Shown here: positions 22,321 to 36,413 of the stretch, in pieces
Layout: each line of letters starts with the position of its first letter
How positions within the stretch are numbered: position 1 is the first letter of the stretch
From: Cystobasidiomycetes sp. EMM_F5
Lineage: Eukaryota
Length of the DNA stretch: 64,000 nucleotides
Reading direction: 5' to 3'
Assembly: GCA_051047955.1 (NCBI GenBank)
Contig: JBPGPT010000019.1
Coordinates: forward strand, 1-64,000
Made by a program: the position numbers and the translations under genes
The notes under the pieces: model-generated
Databases searched by the model: none
What the model was told of the DNA's origin: nothing
The model's input: only the letters and a program-made list of their open reading frames with translations

Positions 22321-23202
22321 TCTGACAACGAACGAGGGCAAGTTATGCGAGTACGTTGTGTCCAGGCCATCCTGTCGTTTGCAAGAATATGCGAGCACAT
22401 TCGCGCTCGACTGGTGTCTCATCTAACACTTTCTTCGTTGCTAAGTCTGTTGACAAGTACTGACGACAGCACAGCCCGGTCCATCTCATGACTTGCAGGC
22501 GAGCGCGCTTAAGCGCATCGTGTTGTGAGACGGACTGATGAGAATAGCTGCACCGCACCGCCTATCCTTCCTAAGTGCGCGGTATCGAATTGAATGGAGG
22601 GCCTTCAGGTTTGAGTGATTTTGAAATCTGCAGGCTATACACGTTGGGTACTGCGGGACGGAGCATGTTCCTGGGGTCGCGGCAAGATCGCCGCCACTAA
22701 TGGCGCGAACCCGAACCTGGAAAGTGGTGAGAGCAGTCGAGCAAGCTTCCAAGCAAGGGGCATTTGGAAGTCGGTAGCCCATATTCCAATGGCTGATTCC
22801 GCCTCCTACAGACTACGTTAATTGCTGGCAGGCTTTCGGATTTGCGATTGCATGAAAAATTTTGCACGCGGTGGATTTACGGTCCGCGATTTTTCGCGCG
22901 TAAACATGGCGGAGCCCCTCGGAAAGTACCGGAAAAACTGCAAAACTTGGGCCAGCTCCAGGTCTCCCGTACCGATGGGGCGAGTGCAAGCCAGAAAAGC
23001 AGGGTCCTCGCGCATTATATAGTCCAGGCCAGTCGGTGCCGGTAAATTTTTAAATAGTTGTTCCTGCACAACGTTGCTTCGTCGGAGGCTCTGGGTGCCT
23101 GCCGTGCTTCTCTCTTCCTTTCGCTTCGCCTGTGCACACTCCACACATCTGCCCTTCCCGGTGGGCGACAACGCTTTCGTCCTTCTACTCCTGGTCTTCA
23201 AC

Positions 23203-24552
23203 ATGATGCGCTCTGCAACGTTTCTTGCTGCTATTCTTGCTGTTCCTACCGTCTTGGCGGCCCCAATTATCGACCTCCAAGCTGCTGCCTCTCAAGTCCC
23301 GTCGGCTTTCGCTTCGACATCGTCGCAGACATCAAACTCGACCGTCAGCTCTGCTGCTGCTTCCACGTCTCGTCGCTACAGCACGGTTATCGTTTTTGGT
23401 GAGCTGCCCATTTTCCCACTTTACACGCCGGTGGCAAATTCGCACTTCTTCGGAAGCCACAACCGTGCAAACTCCGCTCAAACATATCTAACACACAATA
23501 TTCTCGACAGGCGCATCATACCAAGATAACGGACACTCTAGGTCGTCTCAGTACAGCTCGTCGTTGACTTCGTATCCTTATGTTGGCGGTCGGTACGTCA
23601 GCTCGGCCTCTCCCGAGCGGACAATTCTGGAACTGACGGTGACGCCTTCCCGATTCGTTTCATCTTTCTGGCATCGGTACGCTGCCATGTGTGACTATAC
23701 AGACACAGCAATGGACCAGTAATGGTCGAACAGCTGTCCTCGCTGTTGGGAGCTTCCAACTTTTACGATTATGCGTACTCGGGAGCGACGGTAGATAACA
23801 ACCTCATGGGAGCTGGTGTCCCGGACACAAAATCGCAAATATCGACCTTCATGTCAGCTGCAAGCTCACTTACCTACGGTAGCGATAGAAGATTATACGT
23901 GTACTGGGTAAGTGTGGCCACAGCTTTCTTCGATAAACCAAAGCTCATGCGTCTGAAACTGCAGACCGGCATAAATTCGATTCTTGGAATCTGGAGCGGC
24001 GTCCGATACAATAATGACCTGTCTAGTGGTCTGTCATCCGTAACGGCCAATGTGAATGCTTTACAAACCCAAATCAATTCCCTCGTCGGGTTCTCATCAG
24101 GAGGCGTTCGCAACGATCTGTTACTATTACCGTATGTCTGAGTTTATGCACTGTCTCTGTTTCCCATGCTGACCCGAGTCTCCTCCTAAAGCATCCCTCC
24201 GGTGGAGACTTTGCCGATCGCGACACAGTCCGCCTCGGCGAAGGAGCTTAACCTACTATCACGCCTGTCAAGCGCCTACAACGCTGGTATCGCACAGATC
24301 GTGGCCAATGCACAGGCTTCCGTCTCGGGCACTACTCAGAGGATATACACGTACGACGTCGAGTCTTTCTGGCGCGGAGTCATCTCCTCCCCTTCAAGGT
24401 ACTCTCTGAGCGATGTCTCCAGCCCCTGCCTCGGCTACTCAGCTTGTGGGAACCCAGCTTCTTACCTGTACTGGGATGCGGTTCATCCAACCACTACCTT
24501 CGATGGTACCGTCGCCAGACAGATTTACTCTTCTATGAACGTTGCCTCATAG
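23203..24552 (+). CDS. Secreted GDSL/SGNH esterase (CE16-like)
   Basis: Signal peptide MMRSATFLAAILAVPTVLA and an S/T linker. Spliced blocks VIVFGASYQDNG, GGR.SNGPVMVEQL, DYAYSGAT, WTGIN and YLYWDAVHPT. Confidence 0.87.
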
Positions 24553-24908
24553 AGCTGCGCGCCGATGGATCTCCGGCCCCCACAAGTAACAAACACACAA
24601 AAGCGAGAAAATTTCAAGCTTCTCGCAATGCCATTTGGCAATTATTACCCGCATCGGCATACCTTTCGGCACTTCTCAGCATAGGGTTTATGATTAGAAG
24701 GGGTGCAAGACAGTGCAAGATATAGAATGTAGCAGAGCCATTGCGATGGCGGAAAACATGTTGTTGTAAGGATTAACGATTAAGGAAGTGGGTAGTATGT
24801 CTAGGTTGCGTTTTTTAGATGCTTCTAGCAGTCAGACGGACACTTTAAGTAATTTAACGCAATTCATACGATGTCCTCTGCTTTCCTGTGCTCGATTGAC
24901 CGCGTCTG

Positions 24909-26388
24909 TCACTGACTCTTCCGGCCGAAATCGCGTCGAGCGCGATCGCACATCTCCAACAAAACGTCGGCTGCCCATTCGAAGTCTTCTAATTCAAGAT
25001 ACGTCTGTGCACTCAGACGAGTGTAGAGTTGGCCTTTGTACGAAAAGATGAAGAGGAATGTATTCTTCTCATGCATGGCCGTCTCCTGTATGAACTGCAA
25101 TACCTCTCCAAGCTTGTCCTGAGCTATTTCGTCAGGACCGTCGCCAAACGTAAGGGGTAAGCGGACGTTGACCAATGCGCACTTCCGGACTTCTTCGCCA
25201 GGATCCGTCAAAACTTTAGTGTTGAGTTTCGCCGCAACGAGGTTCCCTCCGTCGTATGCCAGCTTTTCCAGATACTTGTAGATGGCTTCTTCGCTACCAA
25301 ACATCTTGCGTCGCCATTCAAGTGCTGCAGGAGAGCAATAGTATGGCGCGTTGTCCTGTGTGGCTACAAATTGAAACAGGGTTTGGAAGGCCGAAGCGGT
25401 CGAAGATGGCAGCGGATTGTACACGCTGGAAGAGCCGTCCTTGGGCGGTGGAACAAAGCCGTGACCTGGGTGTCACGTCCTTTTAGTACACTTGCAAACA
25501 ATAAATAAGCAAACGCACTAGTCGGGTACGTAGTCCTAATGAGGGAATGATTCCGCTCAGCTACATACAGTGCTGCACTTCCTCGAGGCGTGTACATCCA
25601 TCTGTTTGCACAGTCATGAGATGGATGTCTCGTGTCGGAGCTGCTAGCGGACTTACTTGTGACAATTCGTGACAAAGAAGTCCGGATCCAGCTTCTTGAT
25701 GTTGATCTGGATCATGCCTATCGCATGGGCTGCATCGACGCAGCTCAGTATTTGATGTTTCTTGCATTCAGCTGTGAGGGCTTCAAAGGGGAATCGGATG
25801 CCTGGTACCGAGCACACGGTGTCGAATAGCAGTACTTTTGGCGTCATGCCGTTCTCTCGGATTTTGGCGATCGTATCGGTAAAGAGCTTGACGATGTCTT
25901 CGAAAGAACAGGGCATCTGGTACTCCATCCTTTCGAGAGTCATGTTGGGCACCGTCTCTGCAATGGAGAGGACAGTTTTCTCGCAGGCGCCATATACGGT
26001 ATCAAAGTAGAGGACGACGTCCTGTGGCTGATACACGAGGTTGCGTAGTACGGTATTCACCCCAGAAGTAGCATTGTTGACGAACACGAGACTGTTAACA
26101 TCGGCATTCAAAAGCTCTGCAACGCTGTTGCGTGCATCCTCTAGGTACTTCTTGTATGAGAATCGCTGATACAGATCTGGACGACCTTCCGCTTCATCCT
26201 GGAACTTGCGTAGCGCGTCGCGTATGGCTTGTGGATATGTTCCAAAGGAGCCTGTTGGATGACAATGTCAGATGATGTATCGATCAACGCGTTGACTGCA
26301 TACCATGATTCAAGGAACGATAGCCTTCTGCAAAGCAAAAGTGGGGCAGGACGGCATGGCCGAAGGGGCTGTGCTTGGTGTTGGACAT
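24909..26388 (-). CDS. EGT2: PLP-dependent C-S lyase (hercynylcysteine sulfoxide lyase Egt2 / cysteine desulfhydrase-like, aminotransferase class V)
   Basis: MSNTKHSPFGH..LNHGSFGTYP, VFVNNATSGVNTVLRNL, FDTVCSVPG, VDAAHAIG, LDPDFFVTNCHK|WMYTPRG (PLP lysine) and RLSAQTYLELEDF. Confidence 0.85.
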
Positions 26389-26717
26389 TGTCAGTGAGTG
26401 CGAGTGTGACATGCTACAAAAGCAACAGCGGGAATTGTCAAGTCAAGCGGAAGTCGTCGACGTTAACTCGGACAACAAAAACGCGTGCGTTGACTCGGGA
26501 AGAGATCGGGCAGCGGATTCAGCGAGTGGTTTCTGGCATGGAAAGTGATAAGACCGCAGAAGTGTGGAGAAAGCAGAGTACGTGGGAGCAGAGTGAGTCA
26601 GAGCTTGTTTAAACTGCAACCCTGTAGACAAATGATCGCTTCGATGTATAAAGAGTTCTCTCATGTCCTGCTTTTGACGACATCTGATATCGATACTGCG
26701 CTGCCTCGTTGGTCAAC

Positions 26718-27707
26718 ATGAACCGCCGTGTTGGGTCGCTGGCGCAGAGTGCGCGTCACTTTGCTTCATCGTCATCGATTGGGAGTGCCAGCCAGGATAT
26801 CAGGTATGGTCATTTCGACGGATGTGCCGCTGTAACATCTAATCTTGCATACGCTAGAGCCCAGCTCCTCACAGCAGCACTCGAGCATATCCCTCGTTAC
26901 GGCTTCAGCTTGAAGGCCATTCAGACTGCTGCAAACGCCGATCCATCATTCAAGAGCTTTGCAAGCAGTCCCGTCTCCATCGAACAGCTATTCCCATCTG
27001 CGCCTCCTCGAGTATGGCCAAGTCTCCCTTCGTTCCTGAGCAAGTCTCCCAGACGCATGTCGCAGGAAGATGATGAGTCCCCGGCGGAAATCGAGCGGCT
27101 AGGACCTATTCGAGCACTATTTGATGCTTGGACTGAGCAGCAGCGAGAAGTACTACAAGGTCTGAGCATCTTATCTGGCCCGAACTCCGTCAACGATGCT
27201 CTCATAAAACGTCTAGAGATGAATGTTCCAGTTCTGCCGTACCTGCCAAGGGTGAGCCGTTGTCCTTATCGTATGTATTTTGCTGTCCATGTCTCAGTGA
27301 TGTCGGTCACAGGCTCTAGCTACCCTTTCCGTCAACCAGACGTCATCTCTATCCTTACCCACACTCAAGCACTACCTCTGGCATGTCGGAGCGATCGCCA
27401 ATGATATCCGAATTCTCACCAAGACCAATGCAAGCTTATTCCTATCCAATGCACGGTCTAAGGCTACACTAACTTGTACCATATCTGATAAATCTAGATT
27501 TCCGAATCCCGAATAGCGACGACCTACTCGCTATCTGAGCTATACCAGACGGGTCCTACTAGTCCGACAATCGAGCAAACGCAAGAGTTTGTAGACAGAA
27601 CGCTAAAGGCTACAGCAAAGTACGATGGTCTGTACCGCGACACTGCTGAATTTGGAGGTTATGTCGTGCAAAGCTGGAAGAATATCCTAAAGTCCCGAGG
27701 GCTCTAG
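26718..27707 (+). CDS. COQ9: Ubiquinone biosynthesis protein Coq9-like
   Basis: Mitochondrial-type N-terminus MNRRVGSLAQSARHFASS, then QLLTAALEHIPRYGFS..AI, LFP, ALIKRLEMNVPVLPYLP and C-terminal SWKNILKSRGL*. Confidence 0.75.
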
Positions 27708-27995
27708 ACGACGAGTTACAACCTGCATTTGGCTGGAAGGATAAGGACCGGAGGCGCTTCGCCAAGACAGCACTAAAGACGAGTTTGGCCGGCTTGCGCT
27801 GTACGTGTCGGATGCTGCGGCGTTGCTGAGACACTAGAGGTCTGCACACGCAATAACGTGGAACATACGGCTGGCAATTCCATCCTGCGTAACATCTGGA
27901 ATAACAGACTCGGCAAACGACCTCTTGGGCAGCCGTCACACAGAATCACGGCATCTGTTCGAGCTGTTCTCCATGCCCTTGCAAGTGCGATGGAG

Positions 27996-30373
27996 TCAGA
28001 AGTAGGGAGCCGTAGTGAGAAAGAGGTTTGTCTCGTTGCGCTTGACAAAGTTAGCGAGGGCGGTTGCTGCATCGGTCGCCACTCTTTTAGGTACCAGAGG
28101 TGGTAGAGTAATATAGAGTTCGTGGGACGTCGTGGACTGCAGAAACACAAGTCAGAACGAGTACGCAATGTCAAATCTGTTTATCGAGATCGACGGTGCT
28201 GTGACTTACCATGCCCAAGATGGCCTCGTGGTCGGTGACGATGTGAACAAGTCTAGCTGGAGCGATGGGTCCCTCGTATACCTTGCTTCGTGAGGGATGC
28301 AGAGCCTCACGTATCGTCTGGTACAGCGTGACTAGTCGTTTCTTGTCGTCCGTCGCTGCATCTGCATACACGCCTTCGAAGGCAGGTGGTTGTAACAGCT
28401 GGACGTACGTTTTTGAGCGGTATAGATAGTGTCGTACGCCTGGAACGGTTGGATAGAGTTTCAAACGAGCGGAATAGGCGGACGAGAGACGGGTCATGAG
28501 TGAGGCACCTCCTCCGCTTGCGGGTTTACGGAGTTTCTAGTCGGTGATAAAAACGTGATGCGTGTCAGTGCATCGTGGGCAAAACTTGGGGGGATGATTG
28601 AGCGGACAGCTTACTTGAAGGACATGATCTTTCCACGCCTTCATATCAAAGAACCCTTCCTTGTCTGCAGTGATCAGGACCAAGCCAAGCCTTACGTCGT
28701 CGTCTTCAACTCCGTCCTCGCTATCCTCCTCTTCGTTCCCACTCCCGAAATAGCTGACGAAAGCATACACGAAACCCCTGTTATCGAAGCGGGGTAGGCA
28801 GATAGGCAGCCACGATTCGGAGTGTCGTGTCTGGAGGGATGTCGACGAGTCTATCGTATTGAGGAGGATGTGCAGATCTTGTGGATGCACTGTATGTGTC
28901 TTTGGCCGCATCAGAGTGATTATTGTAGTACGCGACACGAGGATTGCATAGAGTGCTTCCTAGACATTGACATTGACAATCAGCGCAAAGATGGACATGA
29001 CACGCGATTATACGAAGCACCGACCTGCTGCTTTATCGGGGGTTTGAGTATCGCCGCGCAATCCTCTCTCAACTGCGCACTCATGGGCAGCACAGAGAGC
29101 GCTAGCATCTGTCCTTCGAAGTCATACTGCATACGGTGTACTATACCATGCAAGAAGGAGTCTGCGCCATCCAGCAGTCGACGCAAGTCGTAGTTGTTGC
29201 GTCGTGAAAAGATGTTTTGGAGTTGGGAGAGGGTGACGACGGAGATTGTCTGTAGGAAGAGGTAGTCGAGATGCGTTCGAAGGACAGATTCAGGCTCGCC
29301 CCAGTCTGAGACGGCGACGAGGTAGAGTGGTGATTTGAGGAGAAAGGCGATCCGCAAGCGACCGGCGTCGATGTATCTGACAGAGACGCATACATGAGTC
29401 GATGCGCTCGCGTGCGCACGGGACAGTTATTAAGACAGAATACTCACCGTATCTTGTCATCGTCAATAGCATACAGGGAAATGATAGCTTGGATGACGCC
29501 GACGATTGAGTTTAGTGATTCTTCAGACTCTACTTGGTGTGTTTCGTCTCCTTGCTCTCCTCTACTTTTCCACCCAGACCTGCTTGAGAATACAGGTTTT
29601 CCAGCTGAAGAAAGGATATAGTACCGCCTTGTTGAGTATGTGTGCGTGTTCTTGCTGTGCGTAAGGGTCTGATTTGATTGGATTGTAGTTGATTGACGAA
29701 TGGGCGACGGAGGGGTGTTGTATTCTTGATTGAGATGGCTTCGTGTACTATCGTTGCGTACGACATGCTGGCGAGTGGGAGAGTGAATGACACCCTCCCC
29801 ACTCACGCCCCGCACACTCTCGTTGCGCTTCAGTTGCTCACGAAGCAGAGTACGGGGATCGATGTCTGACTCGAGGGGTCTCTGCATGCTTGAAGCAGAG
29901 TGCGTGGACGATGATGCAGATGAAGCTGTGGATGGATTAGACGATGTGTGCGATATGACTGATGCGGGTGGAGAGTGCGTCGACGATGACGAGGGGAGGG
30001 GAGGATGCGATGTTGGGGTATGCAGAGTCTGAGCATTACTCTTTGTCAAGGATGTCGACCCCTTTGGTTGTAATGACTGCCCTTGCTCATCGTCGCCGTC
30101 CATCCTCCCCTTTCCTTTCCCTCTATCCACCGAATTCGCTTCGACATTATTTACATTTACAACTCCCCCGACACCCACACTGCTCCTCGTCGACAGCGAC
30201 AGTGACGGACTCGACGGGAGACCCTTGCTCGACGCTCGCCGTAGGCTGCCCAGCAGAGATGGGCGCGGTATTGGGTGTACTCTTGGCGAGCAAGTGGGAG
30301 GAGAAAGACTGGCATCGTCATGGCGAGGAGTGGGAGTGGGATCAGTAATATCAATATCCTCCGTCATGGTCAA
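27996..30373 (-). CDS. MON1: Vacuolar fusion protein Mon1 (Mon1-Ccz1 Rab7 GEF subunit)
   Basis: YYILSSAGKPVFS, GVIQAIISLY, SPLYLVAVSDWGE, NYDLRRLLDG, VHPQDLHILLN, SESWLPICLPRF, VRHYLYRSK, and a last exon ELYITLPPL...LFLTTAPYF*. Confidence 0.92.
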
Positions 30374-30859
30374 GTAGTGGTCACATTGTCAGATGGTGAT
30401 TTACAACAAGATTCAACAACAAGGTATTGAACGAGTATTTAATTATTAATTGGTGCATACTAGGATTAGCACTTGTTACAAGCTGTCTTTTATCGTTGTC
30501 ATCTGCAATACGACTATCCAATTGAATATCAATCCTATCCACGTCAATCCAACTCGCATTTCAGCCTCTCTTCGTCTTCAACTCCCATCCAACACTCACC
30601 CAACCTGCCCACGTCTGTTGCCTACGCTGTCTGCCCCCATCGACGCTCTCCCATCCTGCATCCCCTTGGACGCGCACCTTGTTTGTGGCCAGCACAAAGT
30701 GACAAAGACGACGAGGAGAGCAGGACCATCGGAGAGGACTACAGAGCTGCAGAGGAAAAGAGAGAGGGACAGCAAGGAGGAGGATAACAACGACTGGACA
30801 CTCCTCGTCAGTCAGCCAGCCATTCACTGATACTCCCTGGCGGCTTCCCGTAAAGGCAA

Positions 30860-33800
30860 ATGGTGAGGAGGTCGTCGAGAAGTAGACGACGAATGCAAAG
30901 GCTGATGGATGGCTGCAATGGCATTCGTTGCATGTTGTATCACTACTCCAGGCCGCCGCAGGGAATGATGAGAGCGCCTACGATCCTGCGCTCATGGGAG
31001 TAGTCGCAGGAACGTCGACGAGCAGCAGCGGCAGCACAAGTGCAAGTCCAGCCAAGAGTGGTAGGAGTGGAGGAAAAGGAAAGGGAAGGGGAAGAGAAAG
31101 AGCGGGTGGGAGGGATGGTGTGGCCTCGCCGAGCACCACAGGAACAGCAACGGCCAATCCTGGAGACGGAGACGCTGCTATGGACGGAGATTATGATGAG
31201 GAGAACGTCACACCTCACGAGAGAGGAAGCGATATCGACACAAGCACAACTCACCCCAACAACGCCCACGACCAGTCATCCGATCCGATAGACTCGAGCA
31301 TCGAGCAGGATGTACACAACGCAACCGATAACAACGACCAAGACGATATTGATGTCCAAGATACGTCGGCTTCTTCAATAAACGCACCCAATACCTCTGC
31401 TTCGTCGACATCGCCCGCAAAGAATAGTACGCTAAATAGTAGCGGTGGGGGTAGCCCGACCGTCTTTGCGGTGTGTTTGCATGAGATTATACCATTCTAT
31501 TCACCACTCACTAACCTACTCGTACCTTCATCCAGGCCGTCTATTCCAACGTCCCCGTCTACGAATTCATGGCTCGAGGAATCGGAGTGATGCGACGGCG
31601 ATCAGATTCATGGATCAATGCAACTCAGCTGCTCAAGGTAGCAGGTGTGAATAAAGGGCAGCGGACAAAGATACTCGACAAGGATATAGCAGCAGCAGGA
31701 AAGATTCCGTACGAGAAGATTCAGGGTGGGTATGGCAGGTATCAAGGAACCTGGATCCCCTTTCACGAAGCCATCAAGCTGGCAGAACAGTATAATATCC
31801 TCTCGCTCATTCAGCCGTTGATGGACTATCAGCCCGCTCCGCCTCTTCCTCCTCTGGCCGGCCTGGGTCAGAAGAGTCCGAGGGCCGTTCAACCCGCTGT
31901 TCCACTCGCTGTTCCACCCGCCCAGTCTACACCAACAAATACCCTCCCACCACTCCCACCCCAGTCCACTTCAAATCCTTCACAACCCACCCAATCTATA
32001 CTCACACCGCGTGCAAACGGGATAGCTGCTCCATCTCAACCACCCAAAGACGATCAACCAATACCATCTCCTCGAAAACGATCAAGAGCGTCTACTTCAA
32101 CGCCAAATGGCAAGAGTAGTGCAAATGCAGACTCTGCCGACGACAGTCGGCCAACGACAAACGGGAAACGACCGCGACGAGCGGCAGCGCAGTCAAATTC
32201 GTCATCACGATCAGAAGTAACTCAAGAAATTCCTTCTTCCTCTCTGCAACCGGACGCTTCAGCTAGTACTTCCTCCTCTTCCTCCATACCCGCACCACCC
32301 TCTGCCGACCCTTCCATTCCACTCGATATACCGCTCCCTACCCGCATGCAGCGTAGCAAGAAGATGACACCGCCGATAACCATCAACAACGAGCACCGCA
32401 ATCTTTTAATGACTCTTTTCGTGACTCCTGATCACGATGCTCCTCCTGCTTCACCTTCCGCTCAACAGCAATCACACCAGGACGACTCGGCGACTACCAC
32501 ACTCGACAAATTCCCACCTGATCTCGACCCAAACTCACCCATCGACGAACAGCAGCATACGGCACTCCATTGGGCAGCTGCTCTCGCTCGCGTGCCCGTC
32601 GTGCAGAGCCTGATAGGTCTCGGTGCAGATGTGCACCGTGGAAACGCAGCTGGAGAAACGCCTCTAATGCGAGCGGTACTCGTTACCAACAATGCCGATT
32701 CCGAGACGTTTGCTCCCCCTGGCTTACTCTCTCCGCTACTTCCGAGTCTGAGAACAGTAGACGATGCGGACAGGACGGTCCTTCATCATATCGCTACTGT
32801 TGCAGGCATCAAAGGCCGAGCAGCGAGCGCAAGGCACTATATGGAATGTATACTGCACGTCCTTGCGGAGCGGGAGACGTCGCCCAATGAATCGGGCAAC
32901 CTCCGACCGGAATATAGAGAGTTCCTGGACGCCCAGGACGTCAATGGCGATACGGCACTCAATATTGCAGCGCGCGTCGGATCGAGATTCATTGTTCGCA
33001 TGTTGGTTGAAAGTGGAGCAAATACGAAACTGCCAAACAAGCTTGGTCTGAGACCAGGCGACTTTGGGATGCGAGAAGAGGGACTCGCTCTACCTACCCC
33101 AGAAGAACTGGCAGTGGAAGAGCTTGCGAGAACATCGTCGTCGACGGCAGTAACATCTATGAAATTGTCAAAATCTTCAAGCTCACAACCGCACTCCCAC
33201 CAGACGGGCGATGGTGCAGGACAGTCCAAACCGTCGTCATCAGCGCAGCTCTCGGCAGATATCGTGGCATTCCTGCAGACTACGCTGGCCACGCTGGCAG
33301 AAGACTTTGCAGCAGAGTTGCAAGCTCGAAGCGAGTCTCTGGCGCGGACGCGGCAGCAGTTACGAGCTGCCTCCAAGGATCTGGCAGATCAGAGGCTGGT
33401 CGTCGCAAATCTCCGCGACAAAGTCCGTCAGGTGGAGTTGAGCAAATGGCGGATACGAAATCTCGAAAGAGCTCTTGTTGAGGAGGATTCCTTCGATTGG
33501 ACGGGTCGATCGACAGTGGACGGGACACCCGCTTTCGAGTCTCCTTCATCGTCGTCGGCTGCGCAAACAGATCAACAAGATGCGATACGGCAAGCGGCTT
33601 TCGAATGGCGTGGTCCTGCGTGCTCGATGCTCAGCCTGAACGTCAACGATATGCCAAAGGAAATCGAAGCGGATGCGCCCATTCTCAATTCGTCAAAGGA
33701 CGCAGATGGAAAAATCAAGCTTGTCAGTTCGACAGTGACGCTGGCTGAGCTGCGACGGTTATGTCTGTGGTACGAAAGAGTGCTCGACCTCCTTCGCACT

Positions 33801-34028
33801 CGCACAGAACGAATACAGCAGTCGAGTGGAGGCGAGATTGAACTGGATGCGAGAAGAGTCGTCAAGCTGTGCATTGGCCTCGAGAGTCTGGAGCAGGTTG
33901 ACGAGATGGTTGACCAGCTCATTACCGCTCTCGAGAGTGATGGCCAGGATGGACCGGGAGGCGGTGGCCTCGATCTCCAACGTGTCTCCAACTTTATGGC
34001 GCGCGTGAGAACACAAGAAGTCGCATGA
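30860..34028 (+). CDS. APSES + ankyrin-repeat G1/S transcription factor (Mbp1/Swi4/Swi6/Res/Cdc10 family)
   Basis: The ATG at 30860 is followed directly by a GTGAGG..CAG intron. APSES domain AVYSNVPVYEF..VMRRRSDSWINATQLLKVAG..EKIQGGYGRYQGTWIP. Ankyrin repeats DEQQHTALHWAAALA, GETPLMRAV and QDVNGDTALNIAARVG. C-terminal coiled coil. Confidence 0.92.
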
Positions 34029-34307
34029 CAGCTCCCACAATTTCGTTGAACGTCAAGCTGCTTTAGAATTGGTGCACCTCTTTACCTCAATATTTCGATA
34101 AGTCATAAAGTACAGCCTGAGCAGATTAGTTTATAATAAGAGAGTCGTTGTAGCATTAACCGTCAGTCTAGCTGCTGCTCTTGCAGAAGAAATGCAATAT
34201 GCCAGGAAATCCGCCCATGTATTGAAACCGGCCCGAGGATTCGCGACTGATTTTATCGTACCCCGGTACTGAAGCAGAGCACTTTATGATTTTACGAGGA
34301 CCAAACC

Positions 34308-36188
34308 ATGCCAGAGAAGCCGCGCATTGCCATCATTGGCAGTGGGTTGGCAGGGCTCTCCACTGCCTTCTTCCTGTCAAGTCCTACGGATCTCGAAGAC
34401 GTTGCCGTCCCGGAACAACTTGACGTGCATGTCTTTGAGCGGTGTTCTCGGTCTGGGCTGGACGCTGCCAGTACAGACGTAGTGGGCAGAGATGGAAAGA
34501 AGCATAGGATAGACATGCCCATGCGGGCCGTGCAAGGTGGTGAGTGATCTGAGACAACTTGAATGGCCACATCGTGTCAATACGTCAAAACACGTTGCAA
34601 CGGTCAAGACGAACAATAACGGCCTGACGCAACGTGGACGAAGAGCGCGCCGAGACTAACGCTTTTACTGCTTTTGTTTTGTCTCCCTCCTACTCACCAG
34701 GATACTATGCGAAATGCATCCGCTTGTACGAGCGTCTCGGGATACCGCTTGAAGAAGTACCTTTCGACTACTCTTTCTCCAAATTCTGCAGTACGAAAGC
34801 TACTCGGCAAAGACAATCACGTCCTCCACAACGACGCTCTCGCTCTGAGGGGACAAGCAGCGTAACTTCCTTCATATACAACGGCGGCAATGGACTCTCA
34901 TTCCGACCATTCAGCTTCCCGGCAAATCTACCTTTTCCGAAGCGGTCATCCGATATCTCCACTCCAGACTACGCGTTGGTGTATGCCTACGCGCTTCTGG
35001 GTCTCTTTGTCGACCGACTTCAGCATCTGTCCAAAGTCATCTTTTTCGCTAGCTCATATTTGTCCCTCGTCGCAATTGCAACATATCATTTCTGCCGTGG
35101 ACACCTGTCGTACAAGTCTCAGCACTGGGTTGCCCAAAGTACCTTGAAGCAGTTCCTCCAGTCGTACCGAATACCAACATCATTTTCTACCGACATTCTC
35201 ATACCCCTCTTCGCTTGCGTTGCGACATGTTCCCTCGAGGAACTGGATAATTACCCTGTCGCTGAGCTCCTCGAGTACATAGTGCTCACATTTGGTAGTA
35301 AACACTACGTGGTCAGCAACGGAGTGCAGTCCGCCGTCTATAAACTGCTTCAACACATTCCCTCGGAAAATCTACATTTTGGTTGTCAGCTCGCGTCAAT
35401 CAAGCCTTCTCCTTCCAGGAAAGAAAGTATCATTCTGGAGGATAGGGATGGGAGCAGTTGGGAGTTTGATCATGTAATATTTGCGACTCAGGCAAATCAA
35501 GCTCGCTCACTTCTTGCGACATACTATAAAGCACTGCAGGATACGCCAGATGCGAGTGTGGCTCGGTTGGTCAGGCAGCAAGCTCGAATGGACGCACTCG
35601 GAAAGTTTCGCTACACGTCTAGTGTCGTAGTCAACCACTACGATAATCACGGAGGGTGCATACCAGAGGACAGAGTCGACCGGCGGATATTGAACATCGT
35701 CATACAACTAAAGCGAGCTGCAGCGACAGCAGAAGAAAAGCTTGACTCAAACAAGCAATTGCCGGCAGATTACATCATGGCGACTCACGACCTGTCGGCC
35801 CGCAAGCCTCAATTGCGGTCAGCGCGCGGGGAAGCTTTGCTGCAGACGACAAATCCGACGATCCACATTGACGAGAGCAAAATACTGAATCGCCAACACT
35901 TCGACAGGGCAGTACTCACGCTGGAGGGCAAAAGCGTCCTGAAGAGGTTTGTAGAGTATGACAGTGAATCGTCGCTTCAAGGAGTTGTGGACGGTATCTG
36001 GTTTGTAGGAGCTTGGGCAGCCGAGGTGGGTTTTCACTCGCCATATAGGCATCATTCAACCTGACGCATGCAACCAGGGTATACCTCTTCTGGAAGGGTG
36101 TGTAAGTTCAGCCGAGCGGGTCAGTCGGGGCATCAGAGGCGCTATTTCAGCGGGGAGAAGACGGAAAGACGATTCAGCCGAGCATTAG
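34308..36188 (+). CDS. FAD/NAD(P)-binding oxidoreductase (amine-oxidase-like fold)
   Basis: RIAIIGSGLAGLSTA dinucleotide-binding motif, VHVFE, IDMPMR, FDHVIFATQANQA, LLQTTNP and GIWFVGAWAAE|GIPLLEGCVSSA. Confidence 0.8.
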
Positions 36189-36413
36189 CCATTGTAATCG
36201 CATCGCATTCCAAGCATTAGCATCGCCAATATCAGCATCGTTATTCCCGCGTGGTTGCCGTCATGGCTGTGATCGAAACGGGCCATGCGGGAGCCAATAC
36301 ATGAACCAGGCTTGCTGCTTGCATACTGATACTGGACAAGTATTGCAACTCGTAGAGATTGAAAGGTGCTCGGTTTCCGACTGGTCTGCCCAAAAGACTG
36401 CGCTTTCCCAGCA

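Noticed and set aside
23390..23535. GASY instead of GDSL in the esterase block I motif
   Set aside because: The catalytic Ser and DxxH are retained, so it is a minor variant without clear significance.
34540..34700. Unusually long intron as a snoRNA host
   Set aside because: I saw no convincing C box (RUGAUGA) with terminal stem and no H/ACA structure.
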